A stretch of 64,000 bases of DNA from Azolla caroliniana (Eukaryota > Plantae > Polypodiophyta), in contig JBHGNT010000008.1 in the NCBI GenBank assembly GCA_043228905.1, forward strand, positions 8,122,001-8,186,000. Direction: 5' to 3'. Under the pieces are notes generated by a model. That model searched no databases. It was given only the letters and a program-made list of their open reading frames with translations, and was not told the origin of the DNA. Below are positions 10,650 to 24,598 of the stretch, piece after piece. Numbering within the stretch: position 1 is the stretch's first letter; every line of letters begins with the position of its first letter. Made by a program: the position numbers and the translations under genes.

Positions 10650-13292
10650 ATGGACTACCAAACACTGTCTGAAGCCGCCAAGAAATGGCTACGGCAACAC
10701 AGACTAGAGGGTTTCTTAACGATCATGGAGGCAACGCCACACAAGGAGGTCGAAAAGATTATCAACGAAATCGACATAGAGGTGATCATGGAGGAGGCGA
10801 TCCGTGCATTAATAGGCCCTCCGGAGGGAGGCATCTACACGATCGACAATCCTACCTTCGAGCAACTCATCAAATATTTCGGTGAGTACTGTCTCGCCAG
10901 CAAGGGCTACAGGACACAAGGCGGCAAAGATATGTTATTCCGCGAAATTATCCGTGTGCTCCATGAGTTCGGCCACGTATACCCTCGACCCCCCGTGATG
11001 CCTCAGAATCGAGCAGGCTTGATTATCGCGACATACGAAGGGGTCAAGGTAGATTGGTCGGTGCTGATCTCCGACGGACTGTGTACAGCTATTGATATCG
11101 TAAGAGGAAAGGACGGCAAGGAAGGCCGGAAAATATGGCATGCGGTGACGCAATGGCTCACCCTATTGGTGCCACCCGTCGAGCCCGCCCAGACCAAGAA
11201 GCGGGGAAGAGCAACAGACGACACCCCGAAACCTGCTTCGAAACGGCAATAGTTGTTGGCCTCCAAGGCCACTAAGGGGAAGACGGCCGACGCAGAGAAG
11301 GCGGCAAAGGAGCGCGCCAGCCGGAAGCAGCCGACGGATGCAAACGAGGAGACACCGGCACGGCCCCTGAAGAGCCCACTCCACCGACCGGTGCAACAAG
11401 AAATGGACACCCTGGCGGCAAGAATGAATTTCGGGACTCAGGCGGAGGAAATGGAGGAAGAACCCACGGAGCACCTCTAGCGGCTTCCGGTGAAGAGCAC
11501 CGCTCAGCCAGCCGGGAAGCGTTTAGACCCACAAAAGGATGGAACGCCTACAACTCACATTGAGCATCCCATGCCAAGGGAGGCACCGGAACCGGTTCAG
11601 ATGGAACCGGTCACAGAAGTCCCTGCACAACAGGCAGCACCGGCAAGCCCCGTAACCCAAGAGCCGGGTATACAAAGGCCAACCTCCTCAGCCGGCCAAG
11701 AACAAGCAGACAAGGGGCAGCTAGCCGAAACACAGTCAGAACTGGAACGGCAAAGCGGTCAACAGGCAGAACAAGAAGTGCAGCTCGACGTAGTAAGGCA
11801 GGACCAGCCATCGGCGAGTGAACCCATCAGCCAACCCTCCGTGCAAGCGCAACAATAGTGCACCGGCAGCCAATGGCTCCGGTGGATAGGAGAACAAATT
11901 GCCGGAGTAGTCGGATGCATAGAGGCGAAGGAAAGAGCGCAAACGGAACGGATGCTCGTCACAACCGATGAACTGGAGACGGCCCGGTCAAGGATCTGGT
12001 GCGGAATTACGAGATGAACTTGCCTCACAAGAAGCATTATTATGGAGCCGCGAACGCGACTTGAAGAAAGCAGCCGAAGAAGAATTAAAGAAGACTGCGG
12101 AGAACCTCCGCCGGGCAAAGGAAAACCTACGTAAAGGACATCATGCTTACGACCGGCTAAAGGAGGAAAAGGAGAAATTGCTGCAGGAAAAAGAAAAGTT
12201 GCGACGGATGGCAGAGACGGAAATCGAGAGGCTGAAGGAGGAACTCCGTCAACAGAAGGACCGGGAGGACCGCGCGTGCGGGCAGATCAACCAGAGGCTG
12301 AAGCAGAAGACCGATGATTTTGATCATCTGCACCGGGACTACAGGCAGCTGGAGACGAAGTATAAGCAACAGCAGGAACGGATGGCCGAGCTCCGACAAG
12401 AAGTTGATAGGGCCACAACGGCACTCGCCGACGAACGAGCTGAGAGTTCCAAGCTATTGGAGGAAGCGGCGAATGACCGGATGGAGCTCCAGAAACAGAA
12501 CCATGAAGATAAGGAAAGAGAGACAATGGTATTACATAGGTTGCAAACAACCTATCAAAATCAATTGTCGCATTATAGGGAGCAGGAGGCAGACACGGTT
12601 CGAATCATCAAGCAATTAAAAGAGGAGCGACAAGCCACAGAAAATAAATCACGGATGGGAGCCGAACAGATCCAGTGCATCCTTCGGTCATGGCTCACTA
12701 AGACCAAAAGCTTGATTGACGACAACTTTGTGCGATGGTGGACGAAATGGGCGCAAAATACGACGGAACTCCAATTGCTCAGGGCGGACGTGGAAAACCG
12801 GCGGAAGGAGGGCGAGACTGTTATACGCTGACATCAGAGGACTTCACCGGCATAAAGGATGACCTAGCCGAAGATTTCACAGCCCTGGCGGATGAACAAT
12901 TGGTGTAGATCCGGCAACTCATAGCTCAACTGGACGACGATCGGCTGGAGGCTCAAATCCAGTTTGAGAGCTATGAGCGGTACCGGCTTCGGGAAGGAAA
13001 AGCGAGAAAGGCGGCAACAGTCAACCTTAGTGATGAGGAACCGTCGCCGGTACTAGGACCAGACGGGGACCAGACCGGGGTCAGTCAACCAGAGGCAACT
13101 CCGACGGAAGAACCAATGAAGGAAACGTCGGTGCTAGAGCAACAAACGGAGCCGCAGCCCCAAATGGAGAAGGCACAAACGGAGCAGCCACAGCCACAAA
13201 TGGAATAGCAGGCACAGCAACAACAACAGATTCCCGACGAGCCATTGGAAATTTTGGAGCAAAGCATTCTGGGCATTTTGGACGAAGCGTAA
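10650..13292 (+). pseudogene. Disrupted extra ORF (conserved N-domain plus coiled coil) of element A
   Basis: ORF pieces 10362-11252, 11253-11480, 11490-11858 and 11968-12831, broken by stops and frameshifts. Motifs KKWL...LEGFL, FGEY.LASKGYRTQG, ELQLLRADV.NR. Confidence 0.85.
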
Positions 13293-13328
13293 AAGGGCCG
13301 GATAATGGGTTCGACGTACAAGGTACTA

Positions 13329-13344
13329 TCCCACGGGCGTGCCA
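13329..13344 (-). promoter_or_regulatory. Inverted PBS (tRNA-Arg 3'-end copy) at the PPT position of element A
   Basis: TCCCACGGGCGTGCCA, then tg, then LTR start TGTTAC. Confidence 0.75.
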
Positions 13345-13809
13345 TGTGTTACTGGCTGGCAAGAAGGCTTAAGGAGGTCCAAACCAGAGTGTGAAAGGAA
13401 TAGTTTATTCGGGAACTATTGTAATTAGTAGTCTTAATATATATATTAATATATGAGAAGATGTGGACGGACGGATCGGAATCGGTATGCCGATCCGGAT
13501 CCGAACCGATCCCGAAAAGGTGCCGGTTGGCACCGTTTTATAGTTCGCACCGGAGACCTATATAAAGGCCCGGTTACAATGTAATTGAGAGCGGATAATT
13601 AATAGAACTTATTGCCTTAATCTTTCAGTATTGATTACCGTTCTGTACTCATTGTTATATATCTTACGCGTGTTAATGGTGTGTTGCGAAGTAATCGATT
13701 AAGGTCTAATTAAGAGTTGTGTCGTAAGTCATCTTGCCGTAACACCCTTTGGTGAAGTGTCTTAAGTGGACACCCTGTGTTAGGCTGTTGTCCGGCCCTA
13801 GGATTAACA

Positions 13810-14571
13810 TAGCTTCCTTTTCGTCTCTTCGGTGAAGACATGACCTATTGTCTTTGGATCCCTTAAGCTTGGATCATTAGCGACTTCCTTCATCTTTTGC
13901 CAGCTATCTTCCGGTGGCGGAACCGCAACTGGCTTGATCTTCTTATCCAGCGTTTTATATTTCGTGTTGACTTCAGCTTCCTCCATCAAGATGTCACGAT
14001 AATATTCATCGATGATAGCGTACATGTTGACGGAGTTAACTGAAATCACGCGTTGGTCGTGAAGATGGCTCAAGTCCACGACGTCCTCGATTTCGCCGAT
14101 GGTGTCGTTAAATGAGGCTTCTTCCCTAATATGAGTCACGAACTCTTCGTCTTCTATTATGTTTTCTTCTTTCAGCATCTTCTCGAAATCTTGTATCCGA
14201 CGCTTGTCCTTCTTGTCAGGTAGTACTAGTTTACATGCGCCACTAGGTGTGACACATGTTGCTTCTCCTCGCAATCCATGTGCTCTATTTTCTTGTGGGG
14301 ACTTGTGATTGCTCGGACTATTTGTGCCCCATGCTTCAATAGTCCACTCTAAAAATCCGAGGATTCGCCTCCAAGACTATCTCGATTTCTTTCATGATTA
14401 GCTTGCACCGTTAGGAATTGAACAGATCTTTGGTTGTCAAGACTCTTTATTCGAGCAAATGCCGCACCATTGTCGAACACTTTGGTTTCCATACAAGATG
14501 ATGTAATATATGGTTGTCCTAGGATGACAGGATGCGACGCCGATTCTTGCACAAAGAAGTGTTGATCCATC
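13810..14571 (-). pseudogene. pol remnant (end of protease and pre-RT linker)
   Basis: DQHFFVQESASHPVILGQPYI and NTKYKTLDKKIKPVAVP, homologous to 28231-28988. Confidence 0.75.
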
Positions 14572-17500
14572 CCCGGGGGCTTCACTATCAAAACTTGTAT
14601 GATAGCACGTGAGTTCATCAAAAGGGGTTTAAATTAATCAGTGAGATACAGAATATATATATATATAAGGGTATTAATAAAGATTTGAAAATATATTTAC
14701 ATAAGGGTATTATCAATTATGCTGGAAAAAAAATTTACATAAGCCCATGAAATATTAGATATTTCAATGAGATAGTAAAGAATATATTATACGAACAATA
14801 CTCAAATTTGGAGTAGCATATATACATACATACATACATATTCATGCATATACCTACATTCAAACATTACATCCATGAATATGTATATACATACATTACA
14901 CCCATTTATACATGCATAGTGACTAAACATAAATATATGTAGAAATATGTATTACCATATGTAAATATGTACATACACATACATACATGCATTACATACT
15001 ACATACATATAAGAATCGGCCATATATATTGACATTGGAGTATACATAATACATACATAAAAATTACATATTACATATATACATACACATTCTTACAAAC
15101 ATATTTTATATATTACATATTACACACATATATTATTATACACACAATTATATACAAATGCAAATATACAAACCAAACACAAAAAAATAAAGTACATATT
15201 ATATATACACATACATACACATATACACACATTCCATACATACAATAAAATAAAATATATACATACATACATACACATACGAACATAACACACATCACAC
15301 ATGCATACCACATACATGCATATATACCTACATTCATATATCACACTTCACACATGCGTATATACCTGTACATTCAAACATGACATCCATGAATATGTAT
15401 ATACATACATACATTACACCCATTTATACATGCATACTGACTAAACATAAATATATGTACAAATATATATTACCATATGTAAATATGTACATACACATAC
15501 ATACATGCATAGATTGATCCATGCGTAATATTCGTGGTATTCTACATCCGCGATATTTGCTATATTCGAGAATATAAAACGGCCCCAAGAATATTATAAA
15601 ACCATTCGTTTAGATGTATATACACAAATACATCAATAATTAATTAACTCACTAATATAATAATTAATTAGTTCACTAATACATTAATTGATTCACTAAT
15701 GCATTAATTGATTCACTAATACATTAATTAATTTACTAATACATATCTTAATTCATTCAAAAATATTAGTTATTAAGTTAATTAATTAATAATCAATTAA
15801 TTAGGGCTTCTACTAAACTTAGGGTTTCAGTGAGAGTCTGAGTTGAGGACGTAGGGTTTCAGTGAGAACAGGATGTAGGATTAGAATAGAGCATGAGAGG
15901 GAGTTGAGGACGCGGGCTCAAAAGAAAGTACTACTGTCTAAATTAGGTTTATGACAGAAATTAGGGTTTTCAGCCAAAACCCTAATTTTCTAGCTGAGAA
16001 CAAGATGCAGAGGGAAGCAAGGGCAGACATGGAGTAGGGTGAGGCTTCCTCGGTCGCTGCTCGTTGTTCGTTCACTCGCTCAGATGAAGAAAAACTGTTT
16101 TTTATTTAAAAAATTCAAAAAAAAAGAAAACGAATATATTTATATGTATTCCTATTCCTATTTGTATGGATTCGTGGGGTAGGCCCCACAAATGCGAATA
16201 TTTCAATCTATGCATACATGCATTACATACTACATACATATTAGAATCAAGTTTCAACCATATATATTGATATACATATATACATGTAAGTTTGTAACAT
16301 AATACATATAATAAAATTACATATGACATAAATACATACACAAATGCATATATACATACAAAACACAGAAAAATAAATTACATATTATATATATACACAT
16401 ACACATACATATTAATACCTAAGACTACATATTATATGTATACAAATCTTCATACTTACAAACAAGTTACGTATATTACATATACATATATACACGTGCA
16501 CACACACATAAATAAATTAGATATTACATAGTATATAATCCATACCTATTACACAATATACAAATTTACACATACATAAATTACATATATACATATATAG
16601 ATATATTACATATGTAAATACATATTCCACATATCACCATATATATAGATTATATTGGACCATACAAACCACAATACTTACATACACACACACATTAGGT
16701 ATATGTATACTTACACATACATTGGATATATACATGCATATTACGTACATATTACAAACATACATCCATATACGAACCATATACATACTAAACGTGAAAA
16801 TATCCCAAAAATATACATACATAAATACATTACATATATATGCATACATACATATGACCACATACACACATACATATACATACACATACATACATATTAT
16901 GCACATATTACAAACACATTCATACTAATTGAATCACGTATATTGACAGATACATGTATGCATACACATACATACATATATACATATTCCACATATCACC
17001 ACATATATATATGTACATAGGCCTACAATGTTATAAGTTTTACAAGCATACATCCATACACATATATACATATATACATACATTACATACATGCATACAC
17101 ATAAATACGTTACATACACATACATACATATGTTACATATCATCACAAACTACAATACATACATATATACATCAATATTATGAACAAACATCCACACACT
17201 CATGTATGCATATATGCATATGCCATACACTATACACATACAAACATACATACATTACATATTACATATATACATAATACACATATGTACATTCATGCAT
17301 GTACATACATACATTGCATATGCATATATTACAATCACACATTCATATACATTGAGTCATGTACATTGACATATGGATATATGCATTCACCTACACACCT
17401 ACACACAGACACACACAGACACACACACACACACACATACATACATACATACATACATACATACATACATACATACATACATACATACATACATACATAC

Positions 17501-17644
17501 ATACATACATACATACATACATAGAACATACACACAAACACAAAACACATACCTTACATACTCACATGCCATACACACAATACATACAACACAATATGTA
17601 CATACATACATACAATATATACAATACAATACAATACAATATGT

Positions 17645-17692
<48 letters not shown>

Positions 17693-18085
17693 TCATACAT
17701 GGACATACATATATTCATTTATACATTGCTACATATACATACACATATATACATTAGATATATACATAGATATTATGTACATATTACAACCACGCATCCA
17801 TATACATTGAATCATGTACATTTACATATGCATACATGCATACATATACATACATACATTACATATATGCATACACATATGTACATTCGTACATGGACAT
17901 ACATACTCATACATGACATACATGACATATGCATACACATATGTACATTCGTACATGAATGTTTGAATGTTATGTTTAGTATGTATGTATGTGCACTTAA
18001 TGTATGCATGTATGAATGAATGAATATATATATGTAATGTATGCATAAAATATGTATGCTTGCATGAATAAACATGAATGAATGG

Positions 18086-18174
18086 TTGTTTCCCCCTCCC
18101 CAATCAAATAGAATTTAAACCTTGTAAAAATGGTTACACTAATGACAGGATATCTTCTTTAAAAAAAAACAAAA
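18086..18174 (+). mobile_element. Short poly(A)-tailed retroposon fragment
   Basis: About 90 bp ending in an A-run, flanked by the direct repeat AAACATGAATGAATGG (18070-18085 and 18175-18190). Confidence 0.6.
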
Positions 18175-18280
18175 AAACATGAATGAATGGATATATGAAT
18201 GTACATATGTGTATATATGTAATATGTAATGTATATATATTTGTATGTGTATGCATATATGTGTGTGGATGTTTGTTTGT

Positions 18281-18722
18281 TTTTTTTTCCAAAATGAAGC
18301 TACTTTCCCATTAGTTAGGAAGGATTATTACATAGAGAGTCTACAAGGAGACTTATACACACATCGGGGAGTCTTCCTCCGATCAAGTAAAAGAAGATGA
18401 GCCTACTTACAATGCCTTGCGGCCTAACTTAATGTAATAAGCTATCTATATCCAAGGTGATGCCCTTCAATGTTGCCTAGTACGAGTCGGCTCTTGGGGC
18501 CTACAACGAAGAGAGGGTGGCAGGTGAGTAGGAAACAACCAACGTGGGGGCTGGTAGTTCCACCTCGAGCCACTCCCGCCTTGCACCACCATAGGTGTGT
18601 TCTGCCATTTCTGCCAAAAGCGCAAACGGGCAGAGACCACGTCGTTGGAGTGGCTGCAAACCTCTTCCAGTTGCCCTCGTAGGCAGCTGATAAGTGCGAA
18701 CCATATGTCCATGATCACTTCC
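18281..18722 (-). mobile_element. 5'-truncated LINE-like insertion (ORF2 C-terminus, 3' UTR, poly(A))
   Basis: T-run at 18281-18288. 21-bp TSD TGTGTGTGGATGT(T/G)TGTTTGT at 18260-18280 and 18723-18743. Trp-rich ORF 18467-18718 ending in a W...PP motif. Confidence 0.65.
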
Positions 18723-20168
18723 TGTGTGTGGATGTGTGTTTGTAATATGTATGTATGTGTATGTAAAATTAATGTACATATGTATGAGGGGTATGAATGT
18801 TTAAGTTAAACTATAAAAGCGATAGGTTATAAAAGTGAAAACATTCTAAAGAAAAAATAAAAATAATGTGGGAGAGGGGTTTGAATGAGAATAGGAAAAA
18901 ATGGGTAAGGGGTAGGGCTAGAAATAGGAGAAAGCAGGGGAGGGGTAGGGCTGAAAATAGGAGAAAGTTGGGGAGGGGCAGGGCTTAGAATATAAAGATT
19001 TTTACAAGGGGTGAGTACATAAGCCGATGACAAATATAACATTGTGCTATGCGATAGAGTGTAGGGTTGGAGATACAACATGAATAAAAATGAAATACAA
19101 AATCCTGGCTACCATGTGTAGTCTCAGACATATGAACTACAAGAGAGATAAAGAGATATTAAAGGGAATGCATCGCTACTAAATGTAGTCTCATGCTTAT
19201 AAACAATATATATTATACATACACATACATACATATTACAAACAAACATACACACACACATATATGTATTATGCATACACATACACATACAAATATACAT
19301 ACATTACATATTACATATATACACATATGTACATTCATATATTCATTCATTCATGTTTATTTATGCATACATTACATATATATATATATATATATATTCA
19401 TTCATACATGTATACATTACGTGCACATACATTCATACTAAACATAATATTCAAACATTCATGTTTTTTTGAATTTAGATTTTTGTTGCCTCCTCCTTTG
19501 CTCTACCTCCTCATCTCTCCTCATTGTTGTTGTCGCCTTTTCTCCCCTTGTTGCTTTTGTCCTCGTTTTGCCGCCTCTTTTCTCGTTTTGCTGCCGCCGC
19601 CGCTCGCCTTGTTGTGCCGCTTTTGCTCACCATTATTCTCTGTTGAGGCTGCCACAACTACTCTACAAATATTTTACAAGTACACATAAGTACAAACATC
19701 ATACATAAACCAACACATAAATTCTTAGACTTACACACAATCACGTACATACATAAACACACACACGCACACATAACGTATACAATCATACACACATGCC
19801 ATATATACAATATATACAATAAATGAAATTAATACAATAATGCCATATATACAATATATACAATAAATGAAATTAATACAATACAATACAATATGTACAT
19901 ACATACACACATACCTATATACACTGACATACATACACATTTACACATAACACATACATACAATACAATATGTACACACACACACACACGTGTGTGTGTA
20001 GAATATACATACACATATGGACACATATATATGTTGTATGGAACATACACACACAAACATAACACACATCACACATGTTATACATACAATAAATGCAATA
20101 CAATACAATATGTACATATATATTGCACACATACCTATATACACATGCAATACAATCCATACAATACC

Positions 20169-20211
<43 letters not shown>

Positions 20212-21312
20212 CACACATGCATACCACATACAAACATATACGATGTATGGAACATGCATACACACACACAAACATAAAACACAACAGACATGCATACCAC
20301 ATACAAACATATATGATGTATGGAACATACATACATACGCACACACAAACATAACAAACAAGACACATGCATACCACATACATACACGCCAATCACACAC
20401 GAATACCACATTCACAATGCACACATACACACATATATATGATGTATGGTTATATGAAAAATGATAGGTGGGTCATTCTATTTGTAGATAATGGATGAAG
20501 AATCTATTATTAAAGTGTTTGAACATGAGAGGGATGATGAAGATAAACCTTTGGGCATTGTAAGTGTGAGAGGAACTCTTACATGTGCAAAGATCCGAGT
20601 CGAAATAATTGAGGACAGTATATTTTATGAGCCATTTTCCTTTGTGTACACAAAAAATAATATTTTGAATGGGAAACAAGAAGAGAAAAAATAATGTTAC
20701 GGCTTCATATGAGTCTATCCATGAAACTCAACATAAGGTTAATTTGTTAGTAATTTCATTATTGATATGCATTTTGGATTGTTCCACATTTGCTCTTTGA
20801 GATATATATATCAAGTTCAAGATTGTTTTATTGTAAATTACATTTTTTTTATCACACTATATTCTTCATATGTCTCAATAAACTAAAAAAAAAACTTATA
20901 TGTGGCTTATATATGTTATACCTCTAGTGTTTTGGGTAATGTTTCCTAATTGTGTGTGCATTACTTTGTACTTTAGACATTGTGTTTTCAATCTATGTGG
21001 CACTTGATGAAGCATTTCTAGGAATTGCATATGATGTTTAATGTTCATTCATAATTTTGCGAGTCATCAATTGTAAAGGCTGTCATTGATCCGTTCTAGG
21101 ATTGGAAACTATGTGTACATTTATATTTTATATGTAAGGGTATTTAAAATGGGTGGTTATCAAAAAATATATTGGTAGTAAGGGGTATTTTTATTAATCT
21201 TTTTTCTACAAAAGGGTCACTAAAATAGTAAAAACCATACATATAAGGGGTTTATAAATGATGTCATGAACGCATGTGATACAACCGTCTTATATATAGT
21301 GGAGTCCCCGGG

Positions 21313-23279
21313 GATCCATCTCCACATCCCCGATCATGACTTTAACATTGGGACAAGCTCCGTACAAGTCCTCCGTAGTCTTTGTTGCCGCACGAATCTT
21401 CCATCCATGATTTGTATTGATTGGCCATCTTCCTTTTTTGTAGAAGTCGGTTGACATGAGGTTGATCTCCGAGCCGTGGTCGATCAAGGCTACCATGGTT
21501 TCTTTCTTCTCCCCGATCTTCACCGGCGTCTCCGTTGTCGCTCGTGCCCAATGAGGTCGAGTATAGTGGTTGTCCACCATTTCTTCATCGACTTCTTCTC
21601 TTGCCATCGTTATGGCATTTGCTTTCGCTTTTAGTGGCTTCTCTTCGTCTTCATCCGATTGTTGCCTTTTTCGCTTTACAAGGTCCACGATCGTGTCGTG
21701 CAACTCCTTCTTCGTAATGCCGAGTAATTCCCTCAAGAACGTGTTCCTCGAGAATCTTCTTCAAGTTTGTCGTCTGCTCTATGTCTGACCTTAGCTTATA
21801 GGTAGGCATAGTCCTTGTCTTTCGAGCGGGGTCTTCGACACCAATCTTCACGGGCCGAACCGTTTCTTCGACTCGTTTGCTCGACTCCGCTTTTCGGCTT
21901 GCATCTCCTTCCTCCATTTGCAAGGGTCGACTCGTCTCTACATCTTCTTTCTTTATCATGTTCCTTGTTTCATGTCTCTTTGATGGGCCTTGCTCTTCTA
22001 TTCTTTTTCTCTTTTCTTCGACGAACACCTTGTGGTTGTCGCATATCACTTCCGCGAGTATGGTGTTGTCATCCACCGGATCCGACCACCCGGTTATGCT
22101 TTGCACGCTTCGGTCCGCAAGCTCTACCTCGTTCGATGTGACCTTCCCCATCTTCTCATACTCGAGAATGGAAGACCAAAACTTTTCTCCCACTTTCGTA
22201 GCTTCATTTTTGTCTTTCCCGACTCTGATTCCGGCCGTTGTAGCATAGTGCATTGCATCCACATGAGTCGCCTCAGCATCTTCCATAGATTTCTTCATTC
22301 TCCCTCTTCCGAAATTCACCCGTAGGGGTCTTTGAGTTTCAGTCGAGCAGATCATGTTGTCATCTATGTATACGATATTTGGTCGCATCGCCTCTCGAAG
22401 GCTTGCGCAATCCCTTCTCATGTGGTCCATGCTATCACACCACACACATCTAAAGGGTTCTTTTCCTTTGGGCCCCCAACAATTCATGTTGGCTAGCGTG
22501 ACCATCTCGAACTTCTTTGCTAGCTCTTCAATGATGTCATCATCAATATTCTTTTCTTCTAGGTTGATTTGTTTGGGCGGCTCAGCTACTTTCGGTTGTC
22601 TTGCTTTCTCCATGACAGTCGATCCCGTCAAGTCGGTGTCATCAACCCATTGGCGATGCTTGTCGACCCTGTTGCATGCCCGCTTCACCGCGATCCAGTC
22701 CGCTACAAGCCCATTTGCTTGGGTATCGTCTTCGAGAAGAGTCCCCAATTCTCGTCTATCCTTCATATCCACAGCCTTTAGGAAGTACAAAGTTTTGTCC
22801 TCCTCAAGTAGCACTTGGTCTGTGGCGAGGAGATGACGAAACATTTGGTCGAATTCGTCGTACACCCTCGAAGCGCTCATCTTCTTATTCTTCTTTTCTA
22901 TCCACTTCATCAAGGCATGTCGAGTCATCCTCGACAAATCTTCCGTCGCGAACTCCGCTAATGTCGCTTTCTCAAACTCCGGCCACGTTGTCTTCCCTTC
23001 TTGAAGCTCGATGACGCGTTTTTGGATGTTGTTGGCGACCACTCTCTTGAAACTTGTGATTTTTCATGCTTCAGACACGTGCCTTTGATTCATTTCCCTT
23101 TTGTATGCATCAAGGAACTTCCTAATGTTCCTTCCATCGAATTGACCCTCAAGCTTGACGACACGGTTGACGGCCTTCCCCACACTCACATCGTTGTCTC
23201 GAGATCTCATCATTTGCTCGGCGATCAACATCATCCTTTCGAAGTCTCCCGCTTGATTGCTTGAGGATGCCGTCTCCAA
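21313..23279 (-). pseudogene. gag-protease remnant of the Trp-primed Gypsy element
   Basis: FDGRNIRKFLDAY; zinc knuckle CVWCDSMDHMRRDC; protease LIDHGSEINLM; frameshifted. Confidence 0.85.
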
Positions 23280-24598
23280 GTATTGGTCTCGACTGGATCC
23301 TTCCTACTGCCTCTTTCACGTCGGGTTCACCACTTGATTATGTTGTGAAGATCCGTCACTACGCGCGGATCGTGAGGCAGAACCGCCGGGGTTCTGGACC
23401 GGAAGGACTCGAAGTTGGTGCTAGCTTTAGCGAGAAAGGCTTTAAGATAGATTCAAAGAGAGAGAGATTTTAACGCTCGACTTTGGGTCGAGAGAGATTG
23501 ATATGGCATGAGAGAGATAGAGAGAGATTAAGTTTGGACCCTTGACTTTAGATTTAGGAAACGAGATACACCATCAATAGGAGAACGAATTTTTCTTCTT
23601 TTTAAATTCTTGAATACCAACCCCCTTTTGATCCTTTTCATCCATCCTTTTATAGACGCACCCATGCATATGATGCATGTGAGGATACAAGTCATGCATG
23701 TGATGCATGGAATGCATGTGATGCATGTTTGCCATTTGCCGCTCATGCATCACATCTCACTCAATTAAGGTCTAATATGAGAATTTACATGTAAAACTAT
23801 AATGATAACATTTATAAAGAAATGATATAGCCTAGTGGTAAGTCTATAGACTCTCAATGTGGAGGTGTAAGGATCAAGTCTTCACTTGCACTCCTTTCAA
23901 ATACACACACACATATATATATATGTTTTTTATTATTAATGTATTTTTACAAGGCATTTCTCCGTCCGGTCGTCATCTCGTCGGCTCCCTCAGTCGCGGG
24001 CACCCGGTGATGTCGGATGCCAGATCCCGCTGGTCGTCGTCGTCGGTTGCTGCCGTTGGACACCGTCGGTCGCCGCCGTCTTTCGCTTGCTCTCGGAGGA
24101 AGATCTACGACTGAACCTCGGGAGATGGACTCTCTGCTCATGTCAAACGCCCACGTGCTCCCGACCAGAGGTTCACCTTACTATGTGTGTTTGCTCTAGA
24201 GCTCAAATCTCGGTTACGGGACCATACCGATTGTTTCCTTGCGCTTCACGTGCACATTCTACCTACTAGCGTTAATCTGCGGCATCATTTTACGTTGCTA
24301 TTCTACTCGAGACTCTGTCACCGGCTTTGATCCAGTTGTAATCGCTTACTACGCTATGCGCCCATTCGCTTTAATATAACTTACCTCGTTAATCTAAGAT
24401 GTTCGCTATGTCTCTATCTTGTCGCGTCGCGTCGGGTGGGAAAGTACACGATTCTCTCCACTACTCTTCTCTGTCTACCCCGGTCTGTGTGTTCACGCGA
24501 AGTGCGGACTCCTTCCCCTCACTTCCTCATTCCTTGGTTCAAGACCCTTGTGGTCCTGCCCTATTTCTACGCATCCGCGTGGTATACCGCCACAACCC

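Larger units (their letters stand above)
10284..13809 (+). mobile_element. Element A: 3' part of a Gypsy element with extra ORF; 3' LTR 13347-13809
   Basis: Extra-ORF homology to 38830-41298 and 43909-46690. LTR TGTTAC...GATTAACA resembles the reverse complement of 43417-43854. Confidence 0.85.
14810..20450. repeat. Complex CA/TACA/TA microsatellite field, including (TACA)n about 17437-17522 and (CA)n about 17650-17690 and 20172-20210
   Basis: Directly visible simple repeats; source of the spurious H/T/Y/I and C/V/M ORFs. Confidence 0.9.
14572..21312. mobile_element. Non-autonomous TIR DNA transposon-like insertion (6.7 kb), largely CA/TA/TACA simple sequence
   Basis: Left end CCCGGGGGCTTCACTAT versus reverse-complemented right end CCCGGGGACTCCACTAT (15/17). 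8-bp TSD GATCCATC at 14564-14571 and 21313-21320. Removing it restores the host protease frame. Confidence 0.8.
13810..24596 (-). mobile_element. Decayed tRNA-Trp-primed Gypsy element (Phygy-like), 5' part: LTR about 23341-24596, gag-protease remnants, split by a TIR element
   Basis: PBS TGGTGAACCCGACGTGA (23316-23332). Gag ORFs 23064-23279 and 21651-23042; protease ALIDHGSEIN at 21290-21736, whose frame (DVEMDQHFFVQ) resumes at 14571. The LTR right boundary is approximate. Confidence 0.8.

Noticed and set aside
15113-20464. Many H/T/Y/I- or C/V/M-rich ORFs
   Set aside because: They are translations of CA/TACA microsatellite, open in several frames on both strands.
23316-23332. tRNA gene at tRNA-like 3' ends (also 30875, 13329)
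   Set aside because: Only 16-17 nt ending in an encoded CCA next to LTRs, with no cloverleaf; these are primer sites.
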